Positions 1-9,171 of a stretch of 64,000 nt of DNA are shown here, in pieces. The translations under genes and the position numbers were made by a program. The DNA comes from Methanobrevibacter sp. (lineage in GTDB: Archaea > Methanobacteriota > Methanobacteria > Methanobacteriales > Methanobacteriaceae). The stretch spans positions 2,909 through 66,908 of the forward strand of contig NZ_JBGUIH010000002.1 in the NCBI RefSeq assembly GCF_045112895.1. Reading direction: 5' to 3'. The notes beneath the pieces were generated by a model. That model saw only the letters and a program-made list of their open reading frames with translations, did no database searches and was not told where the DNA came from. The first letter of the stretch is position 1, and the number at the start of each line of letters is the position of its first letter.

Positions 1-250
1 CAGCTGCTTTTCAACCATTTCCATTATGGGCTTAACCTCATCGGACAAGTTGATTTCAGTGATGTTTTTTGGAGACCTTCTTTTAGAGGCATAATAAGCC
101 TGTGCAAAACTCATGCTAATGAAAGAAACACCTTCAAAATCTATGATAAACTCAGATTCATTAATCCGATTAATCTTATCAAATAAATCTGTTGCCGACT
201 TATTGAAATCCAAAGATGAGTTAATTTCATCCTTTATCTTGATTATCATA
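1..250 (-). CDS. STAS-like (DUF4325-type) domain protein, 3' end cut by window edge
   Basis: Not in ORF track because it runs off the window. Own translation from ATG at 250: MIIKIKDEINSSLDFNKSATDLFDKINRINESEFIIDFEGVSFISMSFAQAYYASKRRSPKNITEINLSDEVKPIMEMVEKQL. Paralogous to the 1230..1487 product (shared DF-x-x-V-x-FI-x-M-x-FAQAYY core). Overlaps the upstream GHKL gene by 24 nt. Confidence 0.6.
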
Positions 251-1039
251 GTTTACACCATTATACTTATAATAATTTAATTTTTGAGGTTCGAGCAGAT
301 TATAGATATTCTGAATTTCATATTTGTTTAACATAACTGCAACTAATGTCCCATTAAACTTATGTTCGTCATCCAATAAATAATAGGTGTAATTTTCACC
401 AAAAATGTGTAATGTTCCCTTTCTAGAAACGATTAAAATCTCACCACAATTTCCTTCACCAATTAATCTAACGATTGTTCTCAAGCCGTTTCCTCTTTCA
501 AAAAATTCGTCTGAAACAGTTGAAAATGTGCCAATAGCTTGTTCAATGGCATGGCAATCATCATGAAAATCAACATTGCATCTTTCAAACAGACCCGGAA
601 TCGATAGCCCATCATCAACCATGCAAATTTCTAATTTTTCATAATGAGGATGCAATTTAGAATAGATGTAACTCTGAAGATTATTATTTTCAAAACGTGC
701 ATGATCATAAACATTATTCGCTAACTCGGAAATTATGTGCCTTAATGCAAAATAACTTCCATATCGAGAATCTAAATTTTCCATGTAATTTGTAATGAAA
801 TCTAATTCCTCACTTTCTGTTCTGGATTCTGGAAGATTGGAAAACATTATATCTTTCTTAAGAATATTATTTAGATACTCATATGCGCTTTTACCATTAA
901 ATTTCAAATCTTTATTTTTGCATCTGCACAACAATGGAAGCGTAGTTGTTGGATTCAGCTTTAAATTTCTCAAATCAATTTCATTACCTTCAGTTTTTTC
1001 ATTAACAATTTCTTCAAATTCCTTGTAATTATCAAACAA
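227..1039 (-). CDS. GHKL-superfamily ATP-binding protein (histidine kinase-like / SpoIIAB-RsbW-like ATPase)
   Basis: 270-aa ORF with Bergerat-fold motifs visible: N-box ELANNVYDHA, G1 MVDDGLSIPG, G2 ERGNGLRTI. The track start is TTG with no clear SD, so the 5' end is uncertain. Confidence 0.65.
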   Translation of the reverse strand: MFDNYKEFEEIVNEKTEGNEIDLRNLKLNPTTTLPLLCRCKNKDLKFNGKSAYEYLNNILKKDIMFSNLPESRTESEELDFITNYMENLDSRYGSYFALRHIISELANNVYDHARFENNNLQSYIYSKLHPHYEKLEICMVDDGLSIPGLFERCNVDFHDDCHAIEQAIGTFSTVSDEFFERGNGLRTIVRLIGEGNCGEILIVSRKGTLHIFGENYTYYLLDDEHKFNGTLVAVMLNKYEIQNIYNLLEPQKLNYYKYNGVNYDNQDKG

Positions 1040-1229
1040 GTTTTTAAGTGTTATATTAACACCACCACATATTTAATAATTAACTGGAATGAAAAAATCC
1101 GGACCTTAACATAACAGTTAACAAAACTAATTTGGACTGAAAAGTATTTAAAACAAGCAGTTATTAATTAGAACAATTTTACGAAACCAAAACAATATTT
1201 TAAAGTGAATACAATTAAAAAAAAAAGAA

Positions 1230-1487
1230 TTAAGGATTGCATGCCTCATCGGCAGCACCCATCACAACGCTGATTTCATCGGAAATGTTGATTTCTGATA
1301 TCCTCTTTTCGGATTGGTATTTTGAATTGTAGTATGCCTGTGCAAAATTCATAGTGATGAATGTAACATCCTTAAAATCAAGTATAAAGTCATCTTTTGG
1401 TATCTTATTTAGAATATCTATCAATTCCACTGCAATTTCGCTTGTTTCCAAATGTGTGCCGAATTCGGCTCCAATATTAATAAGCAT
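1230..1487 (-). CDS. STAS-like (DUF4325-type) domain protein, stand-alone paralog
   Basis: 85-aa ORF with GGTG SD 5 nt before the ATG. Core LDFKDVTFITMNFAQAYY matches IDFEGVSFISMSFAQAYY of the 1..250 product. Confidence 0.6.
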   Translation of the reverse strand: MLINIGAEFGTHLETSEIAVELIDILNKIPKDDFILDFKDVTFITMNFAQAYYNSKYQSEKRISEINISDEISVVMGAADEACNP

Positions 1488-1538
1488 ATTTACACCTACA
1501 ATAATATTTAAAATTCATTATTAATATAATTAGATTAT

Positions 1539-1706
1539 ATGAAAACCTGTCCAAAATGCAATAGGGAACTGAAAAGGGTATTTCATGGCGAACCGACAGA
1601 CGAACTTGCAATAGAATCTATAGAAAATGAAATTATTATCGGAAACTGCTGTGAAAGCGATTATAATTACTATTGCGAGTACTGCGACGAATTTTTCCAA
1701 TTATAA
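1539..1706 (+). CDS. 55-aa zinc-ribbon-like small protein (CPKC...CC...CEYC)
   Basis: Below the track size cut-off. Own translation: MKTCPKCNRELKRVFHGEPTDELAIESIENEIIIGNCCESDYNYYCEYCDEFFQL. There is no SD, and TTTAAAAT about 28 nt upstream would fit a leaderless mRNA. The stop overlaps the convergent 1701..2027 ORF. Confidence 0.4.
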   Translation: MKTCPKCNRELKRVFHGEPTDELAIESIENEIIIGNCCESDYNYYCEYCDEFFQL

Positions 1707-2027
1707 CCCCAACAGGTCCTTGTCGGGATTTGCATGTTTGAAGAGATTAATCTTAACATCCCTTTTCCATGTGAATTTCAAAAGACCGGCATGAACTAAT
1801 TTTAATTCATCATCAGAAAAGCCGTCCAGATAATAGATTTTTCCCCTATGGCCTACATTCATCATGAATCTGATTAGATGCCTATATACAAATACTGCAT
1901 GGGGCTTGTAAACGACAATATCATCGGTAATGTACTCAATCAATGTTTCCAACTCAAAAACATCGGGCGTAATAACCTCAACATTGCAATTTGGAAATTT
2001 CTCAGAAATTATGGCTTCATAATCCAC
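1701..2027 (-). CDS. hypothetical protein
   Basis: 108-aa ORF. GTG start preceded by AGGTGAT SD. I recognise no family. Confidence 0.5.
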   Translation of the reverse strand: MDYEAIISEKFPNCNVEVITPDVFELETLIEYITDDIVVYKPHAVFVYRHLIRFMMNVGHRGKIYYLDGFSDDELKLVHAGLLKFTWKRDVKINLFKHANPDKDLLGL

Positions 2028-2187
2028 AATATCACCTACTATTAACTATGGCAACAACAGATATAAAACTATTTTAAGATAATTGTTTATCGATGAACAG
2101 TTTCTCAGGAAACATTTATATGCTATTTATTACAGAATTAATTTCAGATATCAAATTATATCAAAATGATTAGTTGCTAGTGAAAAC

Positions 2188-2640
2188 ATGACTCAAGAAA
2201 ACAGTAATATCGATAAATTTGATTCAATGCCTTTTATTGCATTAATTCATCATATATCCAGAAATAAACTAAAATACTCAATGAAAAATCCGAATCACAT
2301 GGATATGGTTCATGAAGGCCGCTATCTGATGGAGATACATAAAAGGAAGAATTTATCTCAGGACGATCTTGCAAATATTTTCGGCCAAAGCAAAGGAACA
2401 ATAGCTAAAGCATTAAGAAAATTAGAAGACAAGGAATATGTCGAAAGAGAGATTGATGAAAACAATAGAAGGAAATACATTTTAAATACAACAGAAAAAG
2501 GAGAGGAACTGGCTATTTTACTAACAAAAGATTTGGAAGACTGGGAGAAAACCGTTGGAATCGACAAATTGGATGAAAAAACAAAAAGTCAGTTAAGAAA
2601 GATAGCTAGAAAAAGCGAAGAGATACTTAATGATAATTAA
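2188..2640 (+). CDS. MarR-family transcriptional regulator
   Basis: 150 aa. Winged-HTH core LSQDDLANIFGQSKGTIAKALRKLEDKEYVEREIDENNRRKYILNTTEKG. The stop is 2 nt before the MATE gene. Confidence 0.85.
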   Translation: MTQENSNIDKFDSMPFIALIHHISRNKLKYSMKNPNHMDMVHEGRYLMEIHKRKNLSQDDLANIFGQSKGTIAKALRKLEDKEYVEREIDENNRRKYILNTTEKGEELAILLTKDLEDWEKTVGIDKLDEKTKSQLRKIARKSEEILNDN

Positions 2641-2642
2641 AG

Positions 2643-4019
2643 ATGGGATTCAACATGGCAAACAAAAACGTGGAGTTAATGAGAGGAGAACCTGAAAAGG
2701 CTGTAAAGAAATTGGCTATACCAATCATGATATCAATGATTCTGACCGCTTTATACAATATCGTTGACGGAATTTGGGTGGCCGGGCTCGGTCCGACAGC
2801 CATTGCAGGAATCGGATTTGTAACACCTATTTTCATGGTGTTGAACGGAGCAAGCGTTGGGCTTGGAAACGGTGCGACAAGCAGCATTTCAAGGTTTATT
2901 GGAGCGAAAAATAAGGAGATGGCAACAAAGTCAGCGACACAGGCTTTGTTCATTTTTTTAATAGCCTCAATCGTATTGACAATTATTTTCATCATAATAC
3001 AAAGGCCATTGCTTGAAAGCTATGGTGCAACAGGACAAACATTAAATGAGGCTGTGGCCTATGCAACACCTTTATTTTTAGGTTTAATCGCTTTGATGTT
3101 TGGAAATGGCTGCAGCGGAATCCTTCGTGGCGAAGGCGATATGAAACGTGCAATGTATGTTGTAATCGCCACAGTCATTTTGAATGCTTCACTGGATCCT
3201 ATATTCATCTACACATTCGGTTTGGGTTCAGCAGGCGCATCACTTGCAACAGTCGTCAGCTCCGCCATTGCGGCAATAATAATCCTATACTGGATTCTAA
3301 TTAAAAAGGACACATATATTGACGTTACTCTCAAGAACTTTAAATTCGACTCAAAATTGACAAAGGACATTCTTAAGGTTGGAATTCCATCAGCGCTGGA
3401 CATGCTGATTATGGCAATTGCAATGTCAATCTATTTAATTGTTATTTCAATGGTCGGAGGAGATTACGGAATAGCAACATTCACTTCCGGCCAAAGGCTA
3501 TACCTGTTTGCAATAATGCCTTTAACCGCAATCGGATCTGCCGTTATTGCAGTATCCGGAAGTGCATACGGTGCCCGAAACGGCGATTATCTATCCAGAA
3601 CACATATGTACGGCGTCAAATTCGGTCTGGCATTAGGGACTGCAATTACATTAATTCTGATAATATTTGCAACCCCATTGGCTACAATATTTGCATACAC
3701 CCCTGAAACCGCAAATCTGGTTCCGGGAATTGCCGAATATCTCCAATTGGTCTGCCCATGTTTGATTCTGACAGGTATCGGAATACCTTCAAGCTTTTTA
3801 TATCAGGGAATTGGAAAGGGAATGTACAGCCTAATGTTCACCATCTTAAGAGAAATCCTGTTTGTCGTTCCTTTAATCTATCTATTCGTATTCATCTTCC
3901 ATTGGGACCTTGTAGGTATTTGGTTGGGCTTATGTATCGGAAGAGCAATAGCCAGTGTCATCAACTACCTCTTTGCAAGATACGAAATCAGAAGGACAAG
4001 AGAGAAATTCGGAAATTAA
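2643..4019 (+). CDS. MATE-family multidrug efflux transporter
   Basis: 458 aa with about 12 hydrophobic segments. N-terminal KLAIPIMISMILTALYNIVDGIWVAGLG is typical of MATE/NorM. Coupled to marR. Confidence 0.9.
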   Translation: MGFNMANKNVELMRGEPEKAVKKLAIPIMISMILTALYNIVDGIWVAGLGPTAIAGIGFVTPIFMVLNGASVGLGNGATSSISRFIGAKNKEMATKSATQALFIFLIASIVLTIIFIIIQRPLLESYGATGQTLNEAVAYATPLFLGLIALMFGNGCSGILRGEGDMKRAMYVVIATVILNASLDPIFIYTFGLGSAGASLATVVSSAIAAIIILYWILIKKDTYIDVTLKNFKFDSKLTKDILKVGIPSALDMLIMAIAMSIYLIVISMVGGDYGIATFTSGQRLYLFAIMPLTAIGSAVIAVSGSAYGARNGDYLSRTHMYGVKFGLALGTAITLILIIFATPLATIFAYTPETANLVPGIAEYLQLVCPCLILTGIGIPSSFLYQGIGKGMYSLMFTILREILFVVPLIYLFVFIFHWDLVGIWLGLCIGRAIASVINYLFARYEIRRTREKFGN

Positions 4020-4171
4020 GAGTTTTTTTAACTCTTAAACCCTTTTTTTATTTTTGATTGAAATCATTTTTGATTTAACCTTGTTAAATTGCTTTAATTA
4101 ATTACTTACTAATTTATTAATCTTAAAATAAAATATAACCAATACAGATTAAAATTTGTAAAGGTTAAACT

Positions 4172-4699
4172 ATGAACGAACAAGATTTTAAGATAAGAAC
4201 AGAAATCATACGAGAAACATTTAATGACACAAGAAAGATAAAATGCATTACGCCTGAAGAAGACAGAAAGTTAGGTGAGGACATCTACCCCGGTGGAGAT
4301 ATATTTACAACTGAAGATGGCGAATTCATTGACCTTGAATTTCAGATTGTCGATTTTACAATAGACGAGCTCGTCAAATACGTGGAATTTGCAGAAGAGC
4401 TATATGAAAAGCACCACCAGCATGTCTCCATATACCTGCTATGCCCCGATCTTGTCAACGTATGTGTAAGGGAAGGTGAAATCAAATCCAAAGCCGATTT
4501 CACAATCAAACTGGCATGCGTCGAGCAAAATCTGGCGCAGATAACATTGGACATTATAAAAAACAAGCTAAAAAAGGAAGGATTTCTCGACAAGGAAGAT
4601 CTGGACATCCTGGAAATGCTCCCCATAGTATGTAAAAGAGATGAGAGAAATTATTTCAGAAGAGAGTATTTGAAAATTATGAATGGATTTGATTATTAG
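4172..4699 (+). CDS. hypothetical protein, possibly PD-(D/E)XK nuclease fold (Rpn/YhgA-like)
   Basis: 175-aa ORF with AAGGT SD-like element. DGEFIDLEFQ resembles the D...E-x-Q core of Rpn/PDDEXK_2 proteins. The family call is weak. Confidence 0.45.
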   Translation: MNEQDFKIRTEIIRETFNDTRKIKCITPEEDRKLGEDIYPGGDIFTTEDGEFIDLEFQIVDFTIDELVKYVEFAEELYEKHHQHVSIYLLCPDLVNVCVREGEIKSKADFTIKLACVEQNLAQITLDIIKNKLKKEGFLDKEDLDILEMLPIVCKRDERNYFRREYLKIMNGFDY

Positions 4700-5716
4700 T
4701 TATTTATTCCATTTTAGAATAGTTTTGCCAAAGATAGAAATATAATCTTTGTCAAATGCCTCTTTCAAGTCATTCAGAGAGTTTATTTCACATACGTTGG
4801 TAACCAATTTTTCCAAATATTCAAACAGTTTTGGGTTTTGTTTGAGAGTTTCAACAACTCCGACAAAATCTTCCCTTTCAGACCGGCTGTTTCCCTGAAT
4901 GGTCAGTCCCTTTTCCAAAACCATCCTGGTGTTAACAGGTACCGGATATTCGCTGACTCCAAACAAGTTGATTGTTCCTTGCGGATTAATAAGATCAATT
5001 ATCTGTTCAATGGCCGATTGCGATGCACTTGAACCCACACATTCGAATGCATGGTCTATTCTTAAATCATCAGGCACCATATGAATCTGATAAGTCTCAT
5101 CGGCAAATGAAAACAGGTTTAGATTATCCAAATGCTTTCCAAACACGACAACCTTAGACTCAGGGAACTTCTCTTTTAAAAGTAATGCTGTAATGAAACC
5201 CACATTTCCATCTCCCCAAACGCCCAATGCGTCCTTTGGAGTGATGGCCAATTCATCAAACCTGGAGATTCCCTGATATGCTACTGAAATCAATTCAATG
5301 AATGCCGCAACATGAGGATTGAACTCATCAGGAATTTTGACAACCCTATCAGATTCCAGTTTAATCAGATCGGATGTGAATCCGTCAAAACCGCTTCCCC
5401 TAAACTTGGAACTATAAGAATAGTTTGGCCTGCAGACATCATCTTCCACTGGAGTGTTTGGAATCATCACAACCATATCACCGGATTTATATTCTCCGGA
5501 ATCATCAAAGACAACTTCCCCAATCCCTTCATGAATCAAAGCCATCGGCAATTTTTTTTCTAAAATTTCGGCCGGACGTGATCCCTGATAGTATCTTTGG
5601 TCCGCCTGACAGATTGAAAGATAGCTTGGCCTTACTATAACTCCATCCAATTCGATTTCATCAATGGCCTCCTCAAAGAATTTTGGGGACTTTAACCTGT
5701 AAACAATGTTAATCAT
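4700..5716 (-). CDS. tarJ: ribulose-5-phosphate reductase (ribitol-5-phosphate dehydrogenase), TarJ-like, MDR zinc-ADH family
   Basis: 338 aa. Strong resemblance to Gram-positive TarJ as I remember it (MINxVYxL, SICQADQRYYQG, KLPMALIHEG, FECVG). Has an 8-nt ATGATTAA overlap with tarI. Confidence 0.85.
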   Translation of the reverse strand: MINIVYRLKSPKFFEEAIDEIELDGVIVRPSYLSICQADQRYYQGSRPAEILEKKLPMALIHEGIGEVVFDDSGEYKSGDMVVMIPNTPVEDDVCRPNYSYSSKFRGSGFDGFTSDLIKLESDRVVKIPDEFNPHVAAFIELISVAYQGISRFDELAITPKDALGVWGDGNVGFITALLLKEKFPESKVVVFGKHLDNLNLFSFADETYQIHMVPDDLRIDHAFECVGSSASQSAIEQIIDLINPQGTINLFGVSEYPVPVNTRMVLEKGLTIQGNSRSEREDFVGVVETLKQNPKLFEYLEKLVTNVCEINSLNDLKEAFDKDYISIFGKTILKWNK

Positions 5717-6419
5717 GAATATCCTCTAGTATTGTATTTGCTAATTTCAAGTCATAAGGGTATGTAATCTTAATATTTGTCACTTCCCCCTTCACTAGAT
5801 GTACATCTTCGTCCTTAAGTGTGAATATTTTGCATGCATCTGTAAGTATATTGGATTCTTCTTCCGTTAAACTGTTGATTAAGTTGAAAAGTTTTTTTAT
5901 ATTGAAGCTCTGTGGCGTTTGGCCTTGGTAATAATAATCCCTTACAGGGATGCTTTCAATAGTCTCGCCATTGATGCTTTCAACGATTGTATCGGTAGCC
6001 GGAACTACAGTATCGCAGGCACCATACTTTCTTGCAACATCAATATTGTCCTCGATAATCCTATGGGTTACGAATGGGCGCACTGAGTCATGAGTAAGGA
6101 TTATGGAATCATCATCAATTCCGAAATTTTCATCAATATAATTAATACTATTCATTATAGTATCGTTTCTAGTTTCTCCACCTTCAATTACAATAATGTC
6201 CTCCTTATTCGGAATATGCATCTCAATCAGGTGATTAGTATGATTGATATAGTTTTGAGGTGTTAAAACAATAATCTTGTCAATCTTTTCATTGATTGCA
6301 AATTTCTCGATAGTGTGGACAATAACGGGCTTATCCCCTAAAGTCAAAAATTGTTTTGGGATGTCTGTACCGCCCATCCTTGATCCGATTCCTCCTGCCA
6401 AAATTGCTGCAAAAATCAT
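5709..6419 (-). CDS. tarI: ribitol-5-phosphate cytidylyltransferase (IspD/TarI family)
   Basis: 236 aa. N-terminus AAILAGGIGSRMGGTDIPKQFLTLGDKPVIVHTIEKF is typical of TarI/IspD. The start directly abuts the stop of the upstream methyltransferase. Confidence 0.85.
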   Translation of the reverse strand: MIFAAILAGGIGSRMGGTDIPKQFLTLGDKPVIVHTIEKFAINEKIDKIIVLTPQNYINHTNHLIEMHIPNKEDIIVIEGGETRNDTIMNSINYIDENFGIDDDSIILTHDSVRPFVTHRIIEDNIDVARKYGACDTVVPATDTIVESINGETIESIPVRDYYYQGQTPQSFNIKKLFNLINSLTEEESNILTDACKIFTLKDEDVHLVKGEVTNIKITYPYDLKLANTILEDIHD

Positions 6420-7022
6420 TTACATTTGCTCCTTTTCAAATATTATTATGTAATGGGACCTTTTGCCGTCTTCGTCCGGACCCATCTCTTCATTTAAGTA
6501 AGTCAATTTAAAGTTAAATTTAGTGAAAATCTCTTCCAATTCTATTGGAGAGCATTTGATTTCAATTGGCGGGCCGACTGACCATTCAATTGGATTGAAA
6601 TCGACTATGGCAAACTTGCCGCCGACTTTCAATAGTTTTGACATTTCGCCAATGACTTGCCCCATATTTTCGGATGCCTTGAATCCATGAACCACGTTAA
6701 CCATCAAGATTACATCAACAGACCCGTCTTCAACGCCAGGAATCCTTTCGCCGACATCCGCTTCAATGGCTATTAAATTATCAATATTGTTTTTTTCAGC
6801 ATAATCCTTCAGGTTTTCAATGCAAGGGCTGTAAACATCAACCGCGTAGGCCTTTCCATCAGGGATGAATTCCTCCAAAGCCCTGACTGCAATGTGGCCG
6901 TCACCACATCCCGCATCCATAAAGGTTTCATTTCCTGCAAAACCCAACTGTTTTAAAATATCATCAGTTTCAAAGAATTTTATGCTAGATTTGGCATGAT
7001 GCTTATGTTCCAATGAAATCAC
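6420..7022 (-). CDS. class I SAM-dependent methyltransferase (paralog A)
   Basis: 200 aa with motif I FMDAGCGDGHIA. About 55% identical by eye to the 8456..9058 product. The track start GTG lies inside AGGTGAT, so the real start may be TTG at 7013. Confidence 0.85.
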   Translation of the reverse strand: MISLEHKHHAKSSIKFFETDDILKQLGFAGNETFMDAGCGDGHIAVRALEEFIPDGKAYAVDVYSPCIENLKDYAEKNNIDNLIAIEADVGERIPGVEDGSVDVILMVNVVHGFKASENMGQVIGEMSKLLKVGGKFAIVDFNPIEWSVGPPIEIKCSPIELEEIFTKFNFKLTYLNEEMGPDEDGKRSHYIIIFEKEQM

Positions 7023-7181
7023 CTATAGTTATCTAGATAATAATTTTTAAAAAATAGTATATAATAATTTTCAGAAAAGTCATGAATCTTAAACATATAT
7101 ATAATTAAAAAAATATAAAATAAATGGGTTATTGGGAATTTATTCCAATAGCAGACTTATGGTAATTAGGAGTAATAAAAA

Positions 7182-8366
7182 ATGAGATGTGTTGGTACTG
7201 TCGTACGTGGAATAAGAACACCGATTATTAAGGAAAACGATGATTTGGCAACAATAGTTGTGGATTCACTTATGGCCGCAAAAGAAAGTGAAGGATTCGA
7301 ATTCAAAGACAAGGACATCGTTGCAATTACAGAAGCGGTTGTCGGTATTTCAGAAGGAAACTATGTGACCGTGGATGATGTCGCACAAGATGTGCAAAAC
7401 AAATTCCCATCTAAAAATATTGGAGTGACAAATCCTATCTTAAGCAGAAACAGATTCTCCATTATATTGAAAGGTATTGCAAGGGGAATGGATAAGATAA
7501 CACTTTTAACATCTTTCCCTTCAGATGAAGTGGGAAACGGCATTTTAGATGAAGATATTTTGGAAAAAAGCGAATATAACCTAGGAAGCGTCATCACTGA
7601 AGAAGAATACAATGAAACCTTCGGTTCATGGAAACATCCATTTACCGGAATCAACATGATTGACTTCTACAGGGAACTGATTGAAAGCGAAGACTGTGAA
7701 GTTGAATTTGTCTTCTCCAACGATGTGAAAACAATTCTTGATTATAATAATGACGTTTTGACCTGTGATATCCATACCAGAGAAAAAACCACAAAATTCC
7801 TTAAAGAGGAAGGCGCCAATGTTTACGGATTACATCAAATTCTAGTTGAACCTATTGGAGATTCAGGTTTTAACCCTGACTACGGATTGCTCGGTTCTAA
7901 CAAGGCAACAGAAGAAAAATTGAAATTATTCCCAAAAACCGGAGATGCATTAGTTAGAGAAGTTCAAAAAAGATTGATTGACATTACCGGCAAACAAATA
8001 GAAGTGATGGTCTACGGTGATGGGGCATTCAAAGATCCTGTCGGAAAGATTTGGGAACTTGCAGATCCTGTTGTTTCACCAGCACATACCGATGGACTTG
8101 TAGGATATCCAAACGAAATCAAATTGAAATATGTTTCCGATAATAAATTCGCTGATTTGAAAGGCGATGAATTGAAAGAAGCTATTAAAGAAGAAATCAA
8201 ACAGAAAGATGAAGACTTGACTGGACAAATGATTACCGAAGGAACAACACCAAGAGTATTGACTGATTTAATCGGTTCATTATGCGACTTGACAAGCGGT
8301 TCCGGAGATAAGGGAACACCAGTTGTATTCATCCAAGGATATTTCGATAATTTATCACACGATTAA
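7182..8366 (+). CDS. CofE / F420-0:gamma-glutamyl ligase-family protein (long form)
   Basis: 394 aa with TAGGAG SD. N-terminal VRGIRTPIIKENDDLATIVVD...DKDIVAITEAVVGISEG resembles the CofE ligase fold. Assigned from memory only. Confidence 0.5.
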   Translation: MRCVGTVVRGIRTPIIKENDDLATIVVDSLMAAKESEGFEFKDKDIVAITEAVVGISEGNYVTVDDVAQDVQNKFPSKNIGVTNPILSRNRFSIILKGIARGMDKITLLTSFPSDEVGNGILDEDILEKSEYNLGSVITEEEYNETFGSWKHPFTGINMIDFYRELIESEDCEVEFVFSNDVKTILDYNNDVLTCDIHTREKTTKFLKEEGANVYGLHQILVEPIGDSGFNPDYGLLGSNKATEEKLKLFPKTGDALVREVQKRLIDITGKQIEVMVYGDGAFKDPVGKIWELADPVVSPAHTDGLVGYPNEIKLKYVSDNKFADLKGDELKEAIKEEIKQKDEDLTGQMITEGTTPRVLTDLIGSLCDLTSGSGDKGTPVVFIQGYFDNLSHD

Positions 8367-8455
8367 ATATCGAAAACCTTACTTTTTTTATTTTTAAATT
8401 TTATTATTGCAAAAAAAGAAATAAATGGGAATTTAATCCCCTCTAATCTAAACGA

Positions 8456-9058
8456 CTATTCTTTTTGAAATACGATAAAGTAGTGAGATTTGCCTTCAGG
8501 AATATCCTCGCCAATCTCTTCATTCAAATAAGTCATTTTAAGACCATGATTATTGAATAGTTCTTCCAAATCGCTTGGAGAACTTCTCATTTTAGTCGGA
8601 GGCCCATTAGGTACATCCCAAGCCTTATAATCCATAATAGCTATTTTACCGTCTTGTTTGATTATTCTTTTAAGCTCCAAAACTGCTTCATCCAGTTTTC
8701 TTGATGCTTTAAATCCATGGAATACATTAACCATCAAAACAACATCAATCGAATCGTCCTCCACACCGGGAATTCCTTCAGTGATGTCGGCTTCAACATT
8801 AATCAGATTGTCAACATTGTTCTCTTGCTTATATGTTTCCATATCCTCTATTGACGCATCATAAACATCCACTGCATAAACAGTTCCCCTGTGATTGTAA
8901 TCTTCCAGGACTTTGATTGCAATGTGGCCATCACCGCATCCTGCATCCATAAAAACTTCATCACCGCTGAGATCCAATTCGGCTAAAATCTCATCGGAAT
9001 CTAAAAAATAAGCACTTGAAAATCCATGAGCTCTGTGTCCATTTTCAGGCATCATCAT
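8456..9058 (-). CDS. class I SAM-dependent methyltransferase (paralog B)
   Basis: 200 aa with motif I FMDAGCGDGHIA. AGGTGAT SD 4 nt before the ATG. Confidence 0.85.
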   Translation of the reverse strand: MMMPENGHRAHGFSSAYFLDSDEILAELDLSGDEVFMDAGCGDGHIAIKVLEDYNHRGTVYAVDVYDASIEDMETYKQENNVDNLINVEADITEGIPGVEDDSIDVVLMVNVFHGFKASRKLDEAVLELKRIIKQDGKIAIMDYKAWDVPNGPPTKMRSSPSDLEELFNNHGLKMTYLNEEIGEDIPEGKSHYFIVFQKE

Positions 9059-9171
9059 TTTATCACCTAAATAATAATCTTTAAAAAATAGTATTTAATA
9101 ATTTTCAATATGATGATGATTTCACAACAGTTTAAAAATAGGTATGATTAATAAAAAAAGTTATAAGAGGA

